From contig NW_027117347.1 in assembly GCF_038025025.1 (NCBI RefSeq), positions 992,001 to 1,056,000 of the forward strand: 64,000 nucleotides of DNA. The letters are read 5' to 3'. Below the pieces are notes generated by a model that saw nothing but the letters and a program-made list of their open reading frames with translations, was not told the origin of the DNA and ran no database searches. Shown here piece by piece: positions 49,089 to 61,604 of the stretch. Made by a program: the position numbers and the translations under genes. Numbering within the stretch: position 1 is the stretch's first letter; every line of letters starts with the position of its first letter. This DNA is from Phyllosticta citribraziliensis (lineage: Eukaryota).

Positions 49089-50147
49089 ATGAGCTTCACC
49101 AACGAGTCGGAAGCGTCCATTTCCAGCATCTCGCCTGTCTTTACACGTGCCTCGACGACCGAGTCTCCGCTAACCAGCCCGGATGGATCCAACTTTGACG
49201 TCAAAGACATTGACAGCGCCCTGGTCGACTGTCTCGTCCGCGAATATGATCTCGAGAGCATCTGTTCCATTCTCATTCAGATTGCCTACCGCGCCGGCGA
49301 CATGATTGTGGCCGCCGATCCCTCTGTCGACGATAGCGACACCAAAAACAACTCGAGCGACCGCGTGACTGTAACCGACAAGGCCGTCGAAGCCATGATC
49401 TACGAGAGCCTCAAGGCCGCCTTCCCCAGCTTCGACTTCCTGGGCGAAGAGACGTTCAAGGAGGGCCAAAAGCTGACAGATGCGCCGACCTTCGTCGTCG
49501 ATCCGGTCGACGGCACGCTTAACTTCATCCACGGCTTCCCCAACGTCGCCATCTCGCTGGCTCTGACGATTGCGCGCCAGCCCGTCGTCGGCGTCATCTA
49601 CAACCCCTTCCGCCGCGACCTGTTCACCGCCGTCAAGGGCAAAGGCGCGCACCTGACGCGCTTCGACGGCCGCAAGACGGCGCTGCCCATCAAGAAGACG
49701 CCCGCGCCTCTGACCTCGCTCAACGACTGTCTCGTCGCCGTCGAATGGGGCAACCAACGCCACGGGCCCAACTGGGACCTGCGCACCTCGGTGCACAAGA
49801 AGCTGCTCTCGGCCAAAGACGGCCCCGACGGCGACGGCGGCGCCATGGTGCACTCGATCCGCTCCAACGGCTCCGCGGCCCTCGACTTCTGCTACGTCGC
49901 CGCCGGCTGGTTCGACGCCTTTTGGGAGGCGGGCGTGTGGATCTGGGACGTGTGCGCCGGCTGCGTCATCCTCTCCGAAGCTGGCGGCATGCTCGCGTCG
50001 GCTAACCCTGGCGACTGGTCTCCTGATCTGGAAGGCCGCTGCTACTTTGCTGTGCGCGGCGCGCCGAGTGATGGCCAGAGGAAGATTGTGGAGGAGGTGT
50101 GGGGTCTCATGGATGGGAAGAGCTTCACTTATCCCGTCAGGAAGTGA
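49089..50147 (+). CDS. Inositol monophosphatase family protein (QutG/Inm-like), intronless
   Basis: DRVTVTDKAVE, FLGEET, VVDPVDGTLNFIHGFP, GSAALDFCYVAAG and WIWDVCAG signature motifs. ATG at 49089 in a CACCATG context. Confidence 0.93.
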   Translation: MSFTNESEASISSISPVFTRASTTESPLTSPDGSNFDVKDIDSALVDCLVREYDLESICSILIQIAYRAGDMIVAADPSVDDSDTKNNSSDRVTVTDKAVEAMIYESLKAAFPSFDFLGEETFKEGQKLTDAPTFVVDPVDGTLNFIHGFPNVAISLALTIARQPVVGVIYNPFRRDLFTAVKGKGAHLTRFDGRKTALPIKKTPAPLTSLNDCLVAVEWGNQRHGPNWDLRTSVHKKLLSAKDGPDGDGGAMVHSIRSNGSAALDFCYVAAGWFDAFWEAGVWIWDVCAGCVILSEAGGMLASANPGDWSPDLEGRCYFAVRGAPSDGQRKIVEEVWGLMDGKSFTYPVRK

Positions 50148-50668
50148 TGGGTGGTTGAGCGGCTGCGCTGAATCGATCATCGTCAAAACGACGAACCGCG
50201 CCGCAGAAGACACCTCCTGAACGGCATCGCAATTCGCCAACACCAACCAGCCACACCGTCAATCGTCCATCACACCAAACCTCCAACCATCAAACCACTC
50301 TTTCCTCCTCTCCAAATAATTGACCAACCTACCCGGAACCGAGCCGAGCCCCATCCCTCCACCCCTCTACTCCCGGGGTCGTTACTCTTCAACACTCAAC
50401 TGAGCCCATTCTTCTTCTTCCCTTTTCTCTTTACAGCAAGGCAAGGCGTTGCCACGGGCGTTCCCTCTTCCGACGACTTTTCTTCATCCGCACCAAGCAC
50501 ACGACCGACCGACCGATTGATTGATTGAGCGACTTGCTACCTTCTCCTTTTGCTTTTGCTCTCCTCTTTCCGTACTGTATAACACCACCCGCGCGAGATG
50601 AGCAGAGCGCGAAGCGCAGGCGTCACGGAGCTCTACGACGGCGTTTCCTCTTTCCTCTTTTCTCTTTT

Positions 50669-50723
50669 CTCTTTGCTCTTTGCTCTTTGCTCTTTGCTCT
50701 TTGCTCTTTGCTCTTTGCTCTTT
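50669..50723. repeat. (CTCTTTG)7 heptanucleotide microsatellite
   Basis: Seven perfect units plus a partial unit, with degenerate CTCTTT(C/T) units just upstream. Confidence 0.92.
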
Positions 50724-51541
50724 CAGTGGCTCTGCGTTGCTCCCTCCTTTCTTGCTTTTCCCTTTTCGGCGTGGCGCATGGGCTGCGGTGGCCACGGTGG
50801 CTGCTAGGTGGAACGGACGCGATAGCATACGATATAGACGCGAGCGGCGGTAGACGGACGGGTAGACGAACTGACGCGATGGACCGCACGCGCCAAGGGC
50901 GTGCGCTTAATAGATGAATACCTACCTACCTGCCTAGACGGGCATCTGGCGAGATGAATGGACGGCGCGTGCTGTCGACTGGTGCTGTACCTCACCACCT
51001 ATGCGTGTTCAATGCTGCCGTGGGGAGCTGTAGTACGCCGCCATGGTTGTCAGAACACGCATCGGTGTATCCCATTCCATCCCATCCCGTCCCTCTCTGA
51101 CTCTTTTGGGTTGAACTTGGCTTCATTTAACTTGAAATGGCATCGAATTTTCCTTCACCGCCGTAACTTGCTGCGTTATGATACAAAAGAGGCGATTGCT
51201 CTGCCTCTTTCTCTTTCTCTCTCTCCCCCCCTATCTTTCTCCCACGCCCTCTACTACATTCATAGATAGCTAGGTACGTGCAGGTGGGTATAACCCAGAA
51301 CCGAAACTGAAACCGAGAAAATACAATACGATATAGACCAGACCAGACCGACAAAAGGTACTCCAAACGGACCGACTAAGTAGACTGACTGACTGAACAA
51401 GACGAAACAAAACACACACGGTTTTAGTGTACTCCGCCACCGCCGCCGCCATCACGCTGGAGTCGCTGTTTCACGAACGGAAAGGAGAAAGAGGAAAGAT
51501 TGAGGATAGGATGGTGGCGAGGAGGTGGAGTACAGTGATTG

Positions 51542-53176
51542 TCACGGCGGACGCGTCGTGCTCGGAGGCGTGCCGGTGCTGCCCGAGGGCGCTCCAGCCG
51601 TCTGCAGCAACGAAGACAGCGTCTGAGGCAGCGTCTGCGGCTGCTGCTGCTGCTGCTGCTCGGCTTGGAGCTGCTGCTGCGGCGCCGCAGCACCTTCGGC
51701 GCCGTCAGTCAGAAAGCCCAGCTCCTTCATGGGGTCGACGGCATGCGGCTGCCAGTCGGCGGGCAGGCGGGCATAGGCGATCTGGACGATGCCCTTGGCC
51801 CAGCCCTTGCCCCACCAGTAGCCGTCGAGCTCCTTGAGGATGGACGCGTAGTGGGCGAGGATGAGCAGCGCCTGCGGCCGCGACTCCTTGAGGCACTCGA
51901 CGTAGCGCTCGGGCACGATGGACGGCCAGATGAGGATCGACGTGACCGAGTCTTGGTTGGGCTGGCCGTATAGGATGGCGGTGCATTTGCGCAGGTGCTC
52001 GAGCGCGTCCGAGTAGGCGCGCAGGTCGGCGGGTGCTGTTGGTGGGTGCTGGACGAGCACCAGGTCGCGCAGCGCGTCGAAGCGCGGCTGCAGCGCTGCC
52101 GGGAGGGGAGGCTCGTGGGCGTAGATCGATGGGTCGAGGATGCGGCGGAACGGCGTCTCGCAGATCCATTCGTAGACACGGCCGTTGCCCGTGTGTAGAA
52201 TCGACGGCAGTCCGCGTATCAGACGCAGCCATTCGGACGGGTCGTCAAAGGTGATGGTGGAGATGGCTTCTTCGGAGGCAGAGTCGAGCTTGTGCGTCGA
52301 GCCGAGAACAAACATGCAGAGGAAGCAGCTGAAGACGACGAGGCTTTCGCAATTTTCTCGAGTGATGTTGGAAAGGCGCTCGCGGAAGCAGCTGAGGGCT
52401 CCGTTGAGGTATCGTGTGCCCACGGTGGCCAGATGGGCTCGTCTCGAGGGACACGTGTGGGCCTTGTGGATGGCGCCCATGGCCAGGAGACCGCGCATCA
52501 ATGGAGGATCATGAATGCCCAACTTTGGGGCGTAACATTGCCATAATTCGCAGATGGGGGGCCGGGTGGTAAAGGTTTGGCTGGTATAGCAAGTGTAGTG
52601 GTGGAGGAGCTCCATGTCCTCGGCAGTGAAGCATGCCAGGCTATTTGGAGATTCATATCTGGAGGAGGGCGAGGGAACCAAGTTGGTAGGTGACTGGTTT
52701 GCCGTTTGCGAAGCTGTAGAGGAAGATGGGCCGGATTGTGGCAAGTTGTTGTAAGGCAGATTGGGGACGCTGAACTGGAGACTGCATACTGTTGAGCGCT
52801 TCAAGCAGTTGCTACATGTCGGCTTGAGTTCATCGCACTGGCGGACGAGTCAGTCGCGGGAGCGCTCAGGGCCGAATTGGCGCCCAAGGGAGAGACGAAA
52901 GGCGCAAGACGGGCACAAGCTTTGAACGGGCACAAAGGTTGTGGTGGCATTTCGAGGGAGCGGAGGGCACCGCAGCACGTGAGGGTCGGGACGGCAAACC
53001 GAACGCGAGGAGAGATGGTCGTGGCTTGAGCGGCCAGCGGGTTGAAAAGGGCAAGAAATGGCGATGTTGGATCGACGTACCTTGACTCTGCGCTGCTTGC
53101 ATTGGGCGCATCCGGTGCGCGTCTTCTTGTGAGTTCGTCTGCTGGCAGGCTTCTTCTGCTGGGGTTCGGCGGACAT
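51542..53176 (-). CDS. Zn(II)2Cys6 transcription factor, Upc2-like family; intron 52838-53080
   Basis: RRTHKKTRTGCAQCKQRRVK|CDELKPTCSNCLKRSTVC after removing a 243-nt GTACGT..ACTGAC..CAG intron. DMELLHHY, LMRGLLAMGAIH and ALLILAHY..WW motifs are typical of Upc2-related C6 factors. Confidence 0.92.
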
Positions 53177-54599
53177 GTCGGGTCAACAGCAAGCTGCCGC
53201 GATCAGAGTCGACAATCATTGCGAGGCGACGGGCGCAGGCAAGAGGACGAGCGGAGGGCAGTTCAGAGGGAGAGTCTTGAATTTTGTCGCCTGGTGGACG
53301 AGACGAGACGTGATGTTTCGCGTGGGTACGTACTTGCGCAGCGAGAAAAGCAACCCCTGCCGCTAAGTTGCTGCTGCTTCTGCTCCTGCTGCTGCTGCCG
53401 CCGCCTAATGTGCCGTGCACGTTCTCCCAGCAAGTCGACAGACATGTGATTGATGATGATTTGACCTCTGCTGGTTTCTCTCCAGGCCATGGCTCTCGGC
53501 CTCGAAGCCAACCGTCCTCGCCCTGGCTTTGTGCACACATTTCGGAACGCGGCCGCTTCCGGCCCCGGCCGAGTTTGACATACAGTGAGCATAACGCGAA
53601 CAATCGGTGGGTGTTGGCGACATTGGATCAGATCGGATCTCAGCCGAAAGCCTATTGTGATTGTGATTGACTGATGGGCGCAAGCTCGACGGACCGAACT
53701 GCAGGGGAAATGGAGCGCTTGGTCGACATGTGCATCCATCCGCGACTGTGGTGTTCCTGGACTGCCGTGGGAGCACACAGCGCTTGGCGCCCAGAGGCGT
53801 TTGAGAGCGAGGCCGTGGTGCCGTGCGGGCCGATGGCCAAGGTCGAGGCTAGAGGCAGACAGTCCGGGGTAAGGTAGCAGACGGACGACTTCAGCCCTGC
53901 AGAGTGCCTTGTGCCTTGTGTCCCTTTTTGTTGACTCGCTTCCGCTTTCAGACACACCCCCAGGCACGTGCCCGCTGCGCCTTGTTGCCTCAGTCCTGCC
54001 CCCAAAAAGCCCAGAAATCGAACAGAAGACCGACTCGCCATTACATCACTATCGTGGACTATCGTGGGGGCCGACCGCCTCAACCGTTGCACCTCGCAGC
54101 TCTGCTCTCCCCGTGACCACCTTTGTGCGGGTCATCGCACGCCGTTCTGGGAAAGCTTCGAGTCTTGTTCGTCGAGCCATGGCGAGCAGGGGGCTCCCCG
54201 GATGGCGCAGCAGCACCTATGGATCCTCTTTGTTCTATCAACACCCACATTTCTCGTCACTACGGTACGCGCAGGAAGAGCGCGACAGCGAAGGAATGCG
54301 GTGAATAGAGGGCAGTGTGCCGACCCTATGCACAGCCTGCCGCCCTGAATCCTTCGCTCGTAATGCATTTTGGTCGTGGTACAATAATCGTGTTTAAATC
54401 GACCCCGCCGCTACCTTACCACACCCACACCCACACCCACACCACCCACAACCATCTGTGTCTCAAGCCGTCTTCGACTCAACCCGCCCGCATATAACAC
54501 CCCGGCTGCTGCCTGCCACGTTCGACCCGTTTCTCTTTCATCGTCTCACCTGCCAAGGCACACTTCCCCCGCACCTTTTCTTCACTTTCGTACAACACC

Positions 54600-55725
54600 A
54601 TGGAACCTTCGCACCCGCCCCAAACCAACGGCAAGGCCCCCCTCACCGAGAGCAGCCTCAACAGCTCCCGCCGCGATGGAGGCGACCAACCCATTGTCAA
54701 GGTCCAGCCTCCTCGCCGCGAGGACCTCCAGCCCAGCTACGCTCAGGTCATCAAGCCAGACACCGAAGACATTTCGGCCTACAGCTGGTATGGCGGCATG
54801 ATTGACTCGCTCGGCTCCGTCATTGGCACCCTCGGTGCCATTCCTTGCTGTCTCTGCTGCCCCAACCCCTACAAGCCCGTCGGCCAGGGCATGGTCGGCC
54901 TGGTCACAAAGTTTGGTCGCTTCTCGCGCGCCGTCGACCCAGGTCTCGTCAAGGTCAACCCATTAAGCGAGAACCTGATTCAAGTCGATGTCAAGATCCA
55001 GATTGTCGGTACGTATCGTGGCATCCCAATCCCAACCAAGTGCCGGCCGAAGCTAACGTGCCGGTGCAGAGGTCCCCAAGCAAGTCTGCATGACCAAGGA
55101 CAATGTCTCGCTCTTTCTGACCTCCGTCATCTACTATCGCATCACCTCGCCGCACAAGGCTGCCTTTGGCATCTCCAACATCCGCCAGGCCCTTGTCGAG
55201 CGCACCCAGACCACCCTCCGTCACGTCATTGGCGCCCGCGTCTTGCAAGACGTTATCGAACGCCGCGAGGAGATTGCTGCCTCCATCCGCGAAATAATCG
55301 AAGAGACGTCGGCCTCTTGGGGCGTCGAGGTTGAGAGCATGCTCATCAAGGACATCATCTTCAGCCAGGAGCTGCAGGATTCGCTGAGCATGGCCGCCCA
55401 GAGCAAGCGCACTGGTGAGGCCAAGGTCATTGCCGCCCGCGCAGAGGTCGAGTCTGCGAAGCTCATGCGCCAGGCCGCCGACATCCTGAGCAGCGCTCCG
55501 GCCATGCAGATTAGGTACCTGGAGGCCATGCAGGCCATGGCCAAGTCGGCCAACTCCAAGGTCATCTTCTTGCCTGCCATGAACCAGACGGTCCAGCAGC
55601 AGATGGCGCACGCCGACTCCGTGGGAGAGGGTCCCAGCAGATACCGCGAAGAAGGCGCCCAAGAGTTTGGCAGTGGAAGCGGTGTCAACCGTGCCGTAAA
55701 CGCCGGCCTGGTCGAGCACATTTGA
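54600..55725 (+). CDS. Stomatin-family (SPFH/band 7) protein; intron 55009-55069
   Basis: LGAIPCCLCCPNPY, GLVTKFGRFSRAVDPGL, VPKQVCMTKDNV, ERTQTTLRHVIGARVLQDVIERREEIA, AMQIRYLEAMQAMAK. Confidence 0.94.
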
Positions 55726-56954
55726 GGGGAAACCTGACGTTTTTAATGACTGGAGTTCCGGATTGTAATCACACGACTGATTTGGTGGAGGAGAGGGATT
55801 GTTCTGGATTTAAGATGTTATGAATTGATACCCTCGATGCCCTTTCAGTCATTTCTGGGCCTAGTCCTGTAGTAAATAGTAATCAAATCGTCCCTCTTTA
55901 CTTGAGCTGATGGGTGGGGAAAAAAACTTTCATCTCTCGTCGGTCTTGCGACTGATGGTAATTGAAAAGACGTGGCTATTCGATCGACCGTCTTGCTTCT
56001 GATTGGCAAGAAATGTTCGTCAAGCTCCAATCGCTCGCATCGGAAAACTCGAGACCGGTCATCATGCCGCTAGAATTTTGACGTTGTTCGTTTCAGAATT
56101 GGCCAATCAATGAGCCAAAAACAAAGCAGAATGCGAAGCAGAATGCGCAACGATGGAGGACATCGGCGGGTATTGTCAGGAACAAGACGACAGGCGCTCT
56201 TTTCAAGCTCGAGCTATAGGCAGATCAGGTCGTGACGTCGTGACTGTTCAAAGGTGTCTCGATGTTTGGGTCATGATTCGACTGGTTTGGTCATGCGTTG
56301 AGCCACCAAGCTGAAGACGGCCGCTGAAGTCATGAACAGCACAAGGTTGTAAAACTTGGGCATCGTGTCAGATAAGACCTCCTCAAGCTGATCACACTTA
56401 CGGCACTGCGCGAGTATGCATTCTCCTCTGCCTCGCTGCGAGCCTCGACAAAGAGCCGCCGCAGGTTTGGGAGGTTTGAAGTCTGCAGCAGGGAATGTTC
56501 AGCTTGGGCGTCTTCAAATTGGGGAGAGTGGACTATACCATGTTGCCGACGGATTCATGAGCACATCTAGCTGTTTTGTAGACAGGTGTTGAAGGATGCC
56601 TAACAAGACCTGAGGTGTGCATGTCTTGAGTGCACAAAGCTTGGCACAAATAAGGTTAGGCGCATTCATAACGCATGGTCCAAGCCCTACCACTTTATGC
56701 CACAACGCCAGAACACCGCAACGGGAGGCTTCCTTAGCTAACACCTGGATCCTCAACCCTCTCTCCGCCAGCAACGCCGTCCACGTATCGCCCGGGCGCC
56801 CCCAGCTTGGACCCTTCGCTCCGAACCCGCCGCACTACCCGCTCACCACGGTTCTCCGAGACTACGCTCAGGCGTCGGGCTTTCGAAACATATAGTCGCG
56901 CTTGTGCATGAGGGGCACGACTGCGGTCGTCACCTCTGCATTTGAAGTGTAGAG

Positions 56955-59642
56955 ATGGCGGTCAACAGGATCAGAGGCGCCTTTGCGGTGCCGCGCAAGG
57001 GCGAGACGTTTGAGCTCCGCGCAGGCCTGGTGTAAGCTCCCTAACGGCGACGAGGCGGGGGGAAACTTGGTACAGCGAGGGCCCGAACTGACGCAAAGGA
57101 TAGATCGCAGTATGCCTACGAGAGGTGAGCCGCGACCCAGACGCGAACAATCTGCTCGAACCAGATGGAATTGACAACAGGGCAGGAAGGAGTCGATTCA
57201 AAAGACCATCATGGCCATGACGCTGGGCAAGGATGTCTCTGCATTGTTCCCCGACGTTTTGAAGAACATTGCGACTGGTGATCTGGACCAGAAGAAGCTT
57301 GTCTACCTCTACCTCATGTGCGCATGCTCCCCTGCTCCCGTGTCTGAGAGCCCCTTGCTGACGCCTTGCTCTGCGCAGGAACTATGCCAAATCGCATCCC
57401 GATCTGTGCATCCTCGCCGTCAACACATTTGTCCAAGATTCCGAGGACCCAAACCCCCTAGTTCGCGCGCTCGCCATACGGACAATGGGCTGCATTAGAG
57501 TTGAAAAGATGGTGGACTACATGGAGGAGCCGCTCCGCAAGACGCTGCGGGATGAATCACCCTACGTCCGCAAGACGGCGGTTCTCTGCGTTGCCAAGCT
57601 ATTTGATCTCAACGCCTCCATGTGCATCGAAAACGGCTTCCTTGATACATTGCAGGAGCTCATTGGCGACCCCAACCCAATGGTTGTCGCCAACTCGGTT
57701 ACCGCCTTGAACGAGATCCAAGAGGCGGCGCCAGAATTGAGGATCTTTGAGGTTACACCGCAGAGGTTGAAGAAGATGCTCATGGCCCTGAATGAATGTA
57801 CGGAGTGGGGTCGGGTCACAATTTTGACCAAGCTAGCAGACTACAAGGCGGCAGACGTCAAGGAAGCAGAGCACATTTGCGAAAGGGTATCGCCTCAGTT
57901 CCAACACGTCAATCCCAGCGTCGTCTTGGCTGCGGTCAAGGCCGTGTTCCTTCACATGAAGTACGTCGGACCGGAGCTCGCCAAGACATATCTTAAGAAG
58001 ATGGCTCCTCCCCTTGGTAAGATATGAGTACTCTGGTGGACCCCTTCGGCTGCTAATTATCTCAGTCACTCTCGTCTCCTCTGCACCCGAAGTTCAATAC
58101 GTCGCCCTCCGCAACATCGACCTTCTCCTTCAAAAACAGCCCGACGTTCTCAGCAAGGAAATGCGCGTCTTCTTTTGCAAATACAACGACCCTCCCTATC
58201 TGAAACTCGAGAAGCTCGAAATCATGGTCCGGATAGCCAACGACAGGAATGTCGATCAGCTTTTGACAGAACTTAAAGAATACGCCACCGAGGTTGATAT
58301 GGACTTTGCAAGAAGAGCTGTCAAGGCCATTGGCCAGGTCGCGATCAAGATTGAGAGTGCCACAGAAAGATGCGTCAACACTTTGCTTGATCTCATCAAC
58401 ACCAAGGTCAACTACGTGGTACAGGAGTCCATCGTGGTCATCAAGGACATTTTCCGCAAATATCCTGGTTATGAGGGCATAATACCAACTCTCTGCCAGT
58501 GCATAGATGAATTGGATGAGCCAATTGCACGAGGCGCTCTCATCTGGATCGTCGGCGAATACGCAGAGAAGATCAGCAATGCTGGAGAGATTGTTGCCGG
58601 TTTCGTCGATGGATTCAATGAGGAATTCACTCAGGTCAGCTCGCTACGATCCTGCTTTGAATCTTTCTAACGTGGTGTAGACGCAACTCCAAATCCTCAC
58701 AGCGGTTGTCAAGCTCTTCCTCAAGAAGCCAGACCAGTCGCAAGGCCTCGTCCAAAAAGTCCTCCAAGCAGCAACCGCCGAGAACGACAACCCCGATGTC
58801 AGAGATCGCGCCTACGTGTACTGGCGGTTGCTGTCTAGTGACCCGCAAACCACCAAGGTACTTTTCAGCGCTAAATCTTCAAGGCGATGGGAAGCTAACT
58901 GTCGCAGAATGTTGTTCTGTCGGAAAAGCCCGCCATCACATCCACCATTCCCTCGCTCCCCCCCGCCCTCCTCGACCAACTCATCACCGAACTCTCCACT
59001 CTCGCCTCTGTATACCACACGCTCCCGGAGTCTTTCCTGGGCCAAGGTCGCTTCGGCGCCGAAGCCATGCAGCGCGCCGCCATCGAAGAGCAGCAACAAA
59101 ACGCACGCGAAAACCCCATTGCAGCCGCTGCCGCAGCGGCCGCCGCATCAGGTGGATCCGCAGCGCCCACGTCCAACGTTGAAAACCTGCTCGACATTGA
59201 CTTTGACGGCTCGGCGCCCGCCAGCATGCAGAACCAGGCCGGCGGCGGCACCAGCGGGCTCGACGGCCTGGCCGGCACGCCACAGCGCGTGGCCAGCCCG
59301 ACGACGCCGGGCAGCAGCAGCGCAGCCGCAGCCGGCGCACCGAGCAACAACATGGACGACCTCATGGGCCTGTTTGGCGCTTCGGGCGGCGCGCCACCAC
59401 CGGCGGCGCGAGCGGCGCAGCAGCCTTCCTCGGCGGGTCCGGCGAACGGCATGGGCATGGCCGCCATGGGCGGCGCGAGCGGAGGCGGCAGCGGAGACTT
59501 GATGAACGGGTTTGCCGGGCTGGATCTTGGTGGTACGGCCGGGTCGCCGCCGCCTGCGCAGCCGGGCCAGGGACAGCAGCAGCAGCAGGGACAACAGCAG
59601 CAAAAGCCGAGCGGCAGTAATGACCTGGTGGATTTGATTTGA
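56955..59642 (+). CDS. APL2: AP-1 adaptor complex beta subunit; introns 57032-57103, 57125-57185, 57318-57378, 58017-58065, 58635-58680, 58858-58907
   Basis: [57 protein letters not shown], adaptin N domain ([33 protein letters not shown]), clathrin-box-like LLDID, unstructured tail with no appendage domain. Confidence 0.93.
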
Positions 59643-60596
59643 GCTTCTTTTGGTTTATGAGAAGGGGGAGGATGAGCGGATAGAGCTTTTGTCGTGTGGT
59701 GGGCGTCTGGATGGCACGTACGTAGCGTCGTGCGTGTGTATGTCAAGAGACGAAGGAAACGAATGCTGCTTGTAGGTAGGGCAGGAAAATTGGAGGCAAT
59801 CAACGAACGGAATGCGTCTTTGCTGGCTGGGTTTAGACATGATGACTGACAAGCGGACGGGCAGGCGAGCAGGTATGGAAGCGATGGTGGGTTGCTTGGT
59901 AGGTAAGATAGTCATGACGATTGATTCCCTTGACTTTTTGTGGTGGTTGAGTGTCCATGTAACTTGTGATGGGCTTTTTTTCGAAGTGTCTATCTGACTT
60001 GATTGATACACTGCACGCGTACACGCGCGTCTTTGTTCTTTCGCGGCCTCCCTTGGGTAGTTATCAGAGGAGGCTGCCACCAGCTACAAGTTGCCAAACA
60101 TCTTTCCCATCCCATTCATGACCACCGAGCCAGCCTCTCAATTCTTTGAACAAGATGAATCAATGCTCTCACCCGCATTCGACCTGCCGCTCACAACCCC
60201 ACCCAAACAGGCACCCAAGCCATCCCAAACCAGCTAAAACAGCCCAAAAGATTGTTCGCACCTCTTGGTTGGGCGAATTGTCGGATCCGATAACGTCCTC
60301 GATCGATTTCGAGGTCAAAGTATTTGGGCGATTTTCGTAGCTTACATACACAAAGGGAAGAATATGACCGAACATCAATCAAGCTTTGGGTGGTGGTTTG
60401 ACACAATGCGCGACGAGGGACGGAGGGCACGCACGGCTAAGTCATGGAAAAGGGGTGGAAGGGATTGAGAGGACGGTTTTGGAGAAAAGAGGAGGAAGGA
60501 AAATCATGATTATGTTTGTACACGCCGCCGACGGCTACTAATATAATACTAATACAACATTAACCAAGCACCACCACAAACAAAAGACCGCGTCTT

Positions 60597-61604
60597 CTAC
60601 CACACACCCGCAACGCCACCCAGCAGCATCGCGGCGCCCAGCACCACCGCCACCACACACCCCCTCGCCTCCGCTACCAACGCCGCCCTCCCAGCTCCCG
60701 CAGCGCCAGTAAAGCCCGAGGGCGTCGGGCTCGCCGACGACCCCGCCGTCCCCGTCGTGAACGCCTCCTCCGTCACAACAGTAGACACGTGCGTCGACAG
60801 AATCGTCGTCGGCACGACGGTCGCGGCGGGGCGCGTGGTCGCGGGCGCGAGCGTGCTGCCTGCAGCGTCTGTCTCGGCGGCGGCGCGCGTGGTCGGCGGC
60901 AGCGTGGCCTGCGAGACGAGCGTCTCGACGGACGAGACGACGCTGGTGACGAGAGTCCCGAGGGCGGAGATGGGGATGGCGCTGCCGACGCCGGCGGCCG
61001 TGTAGACGGGCGGGATGGACAGCGTTGTCGTGTTGGGCTTGTCGGCGGCCGCGTCGTGGTGGCTGGTGCTGTGCGACGAGCTACTGCTGTCGCCCGAAGA
61101 CGACGACGACGAGACGTAGAGATTCCCGGAGACGTGGGAGGACGCGTTGGTGTAGGCTCCACTGAAGAGGTCGGCGTTGCTGCCGTCGGGCAGGTTCAGC
61201 GTCCCGGCCGCGATGGTGCCCGTCGTCCCGTCCGGGAGCACAAAGTTGGTCGTGTATTTGTCGTAGCAGATGGGAATCTTGCCCGGGCACGACGTCGAAG
61301 ATAGCAGCAGGCACGACGTCGCCGCCGAGCAGCAAAAGGCCACGGTATCGTCGTCGTTGTCGTCGTCGTCGTCGTCATCTTTTGAATGTCGCTTGGCGAA
61401 ATGGACGCCTTCGACTGTCGAGAGTAGGTCCACGTATAGTGATGAGAGGTCCGGCCCCAGGGATGGCAGATGTGACGTTGTGGCTCCTGAGGGCGAGCAG
61501 ACTTGCATGTTTTTGCCGCACGTGGCATGGCGAGGGGAGAGATCCAGTGGGTTGCTGGCTGCTTGGCTGGCCAGCAGTCCAGCAATGAAGACTTTTGATA
61601 CCAT
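60597..61604 (-). CDS. Predicted GPI-anchored cell-surface protein with a Cys-rich N-terminal domain and S/T-rich stalk
   Basis: Signal-like MVSKVFIAGLLASQAAS, Cys-rich domain (HATCGKNMQVC..FCCSAATSCLLL..IPICYDKYTTNFVLPDG), Ser/Thr-rich region, small-residue omega region and hydrophobic C-terminus. Confidence 0.85.
   Translation of the reverse strand: MVSKVFIAGLLASQAASNPLDLSPRHATCGKNMQVCSPSGATTSHLPSLGPDLSSLYVDLLSTVEGVHFAKRHSKDDDDDDDNDDDTVAFCCSAATSCLLLSSTSCPGKIPICYDKYTTNFVLPDGTTGTIAAGTLNLPDGSNADLFSGAYTNASSHVSGNLYVSSSSSSGDSSSSSHSTSHHDAAADKPNTTTLSIPPVYTAAGVGSAIPISALGTLVTSVVSSVETLVSQATLPPTTRAAAETDAAGSTLAPATTRPAATVVPTTILSTHVSTVVTEEAFTTGTAGSSASPTPSGFTGAAGAGRAALVAEARGCVVAVVLGAAMLLGGVAGVW

Noticed and set aside
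47027..53176. IMPase plus C6 factor as a quinate (qut/qa) cluster
   Set aside because: No dehydroquinase, dehydrogenase, permease or repressor nearby, and the TF is Upc2-like rather than QutA-like.
9534..55725. Two SPFH genes (PHB2 and stomatin) as a functional cluster
   Set aside because: They are 44 kb apart, belong to different subfamilies and compartments, and nothing links them.
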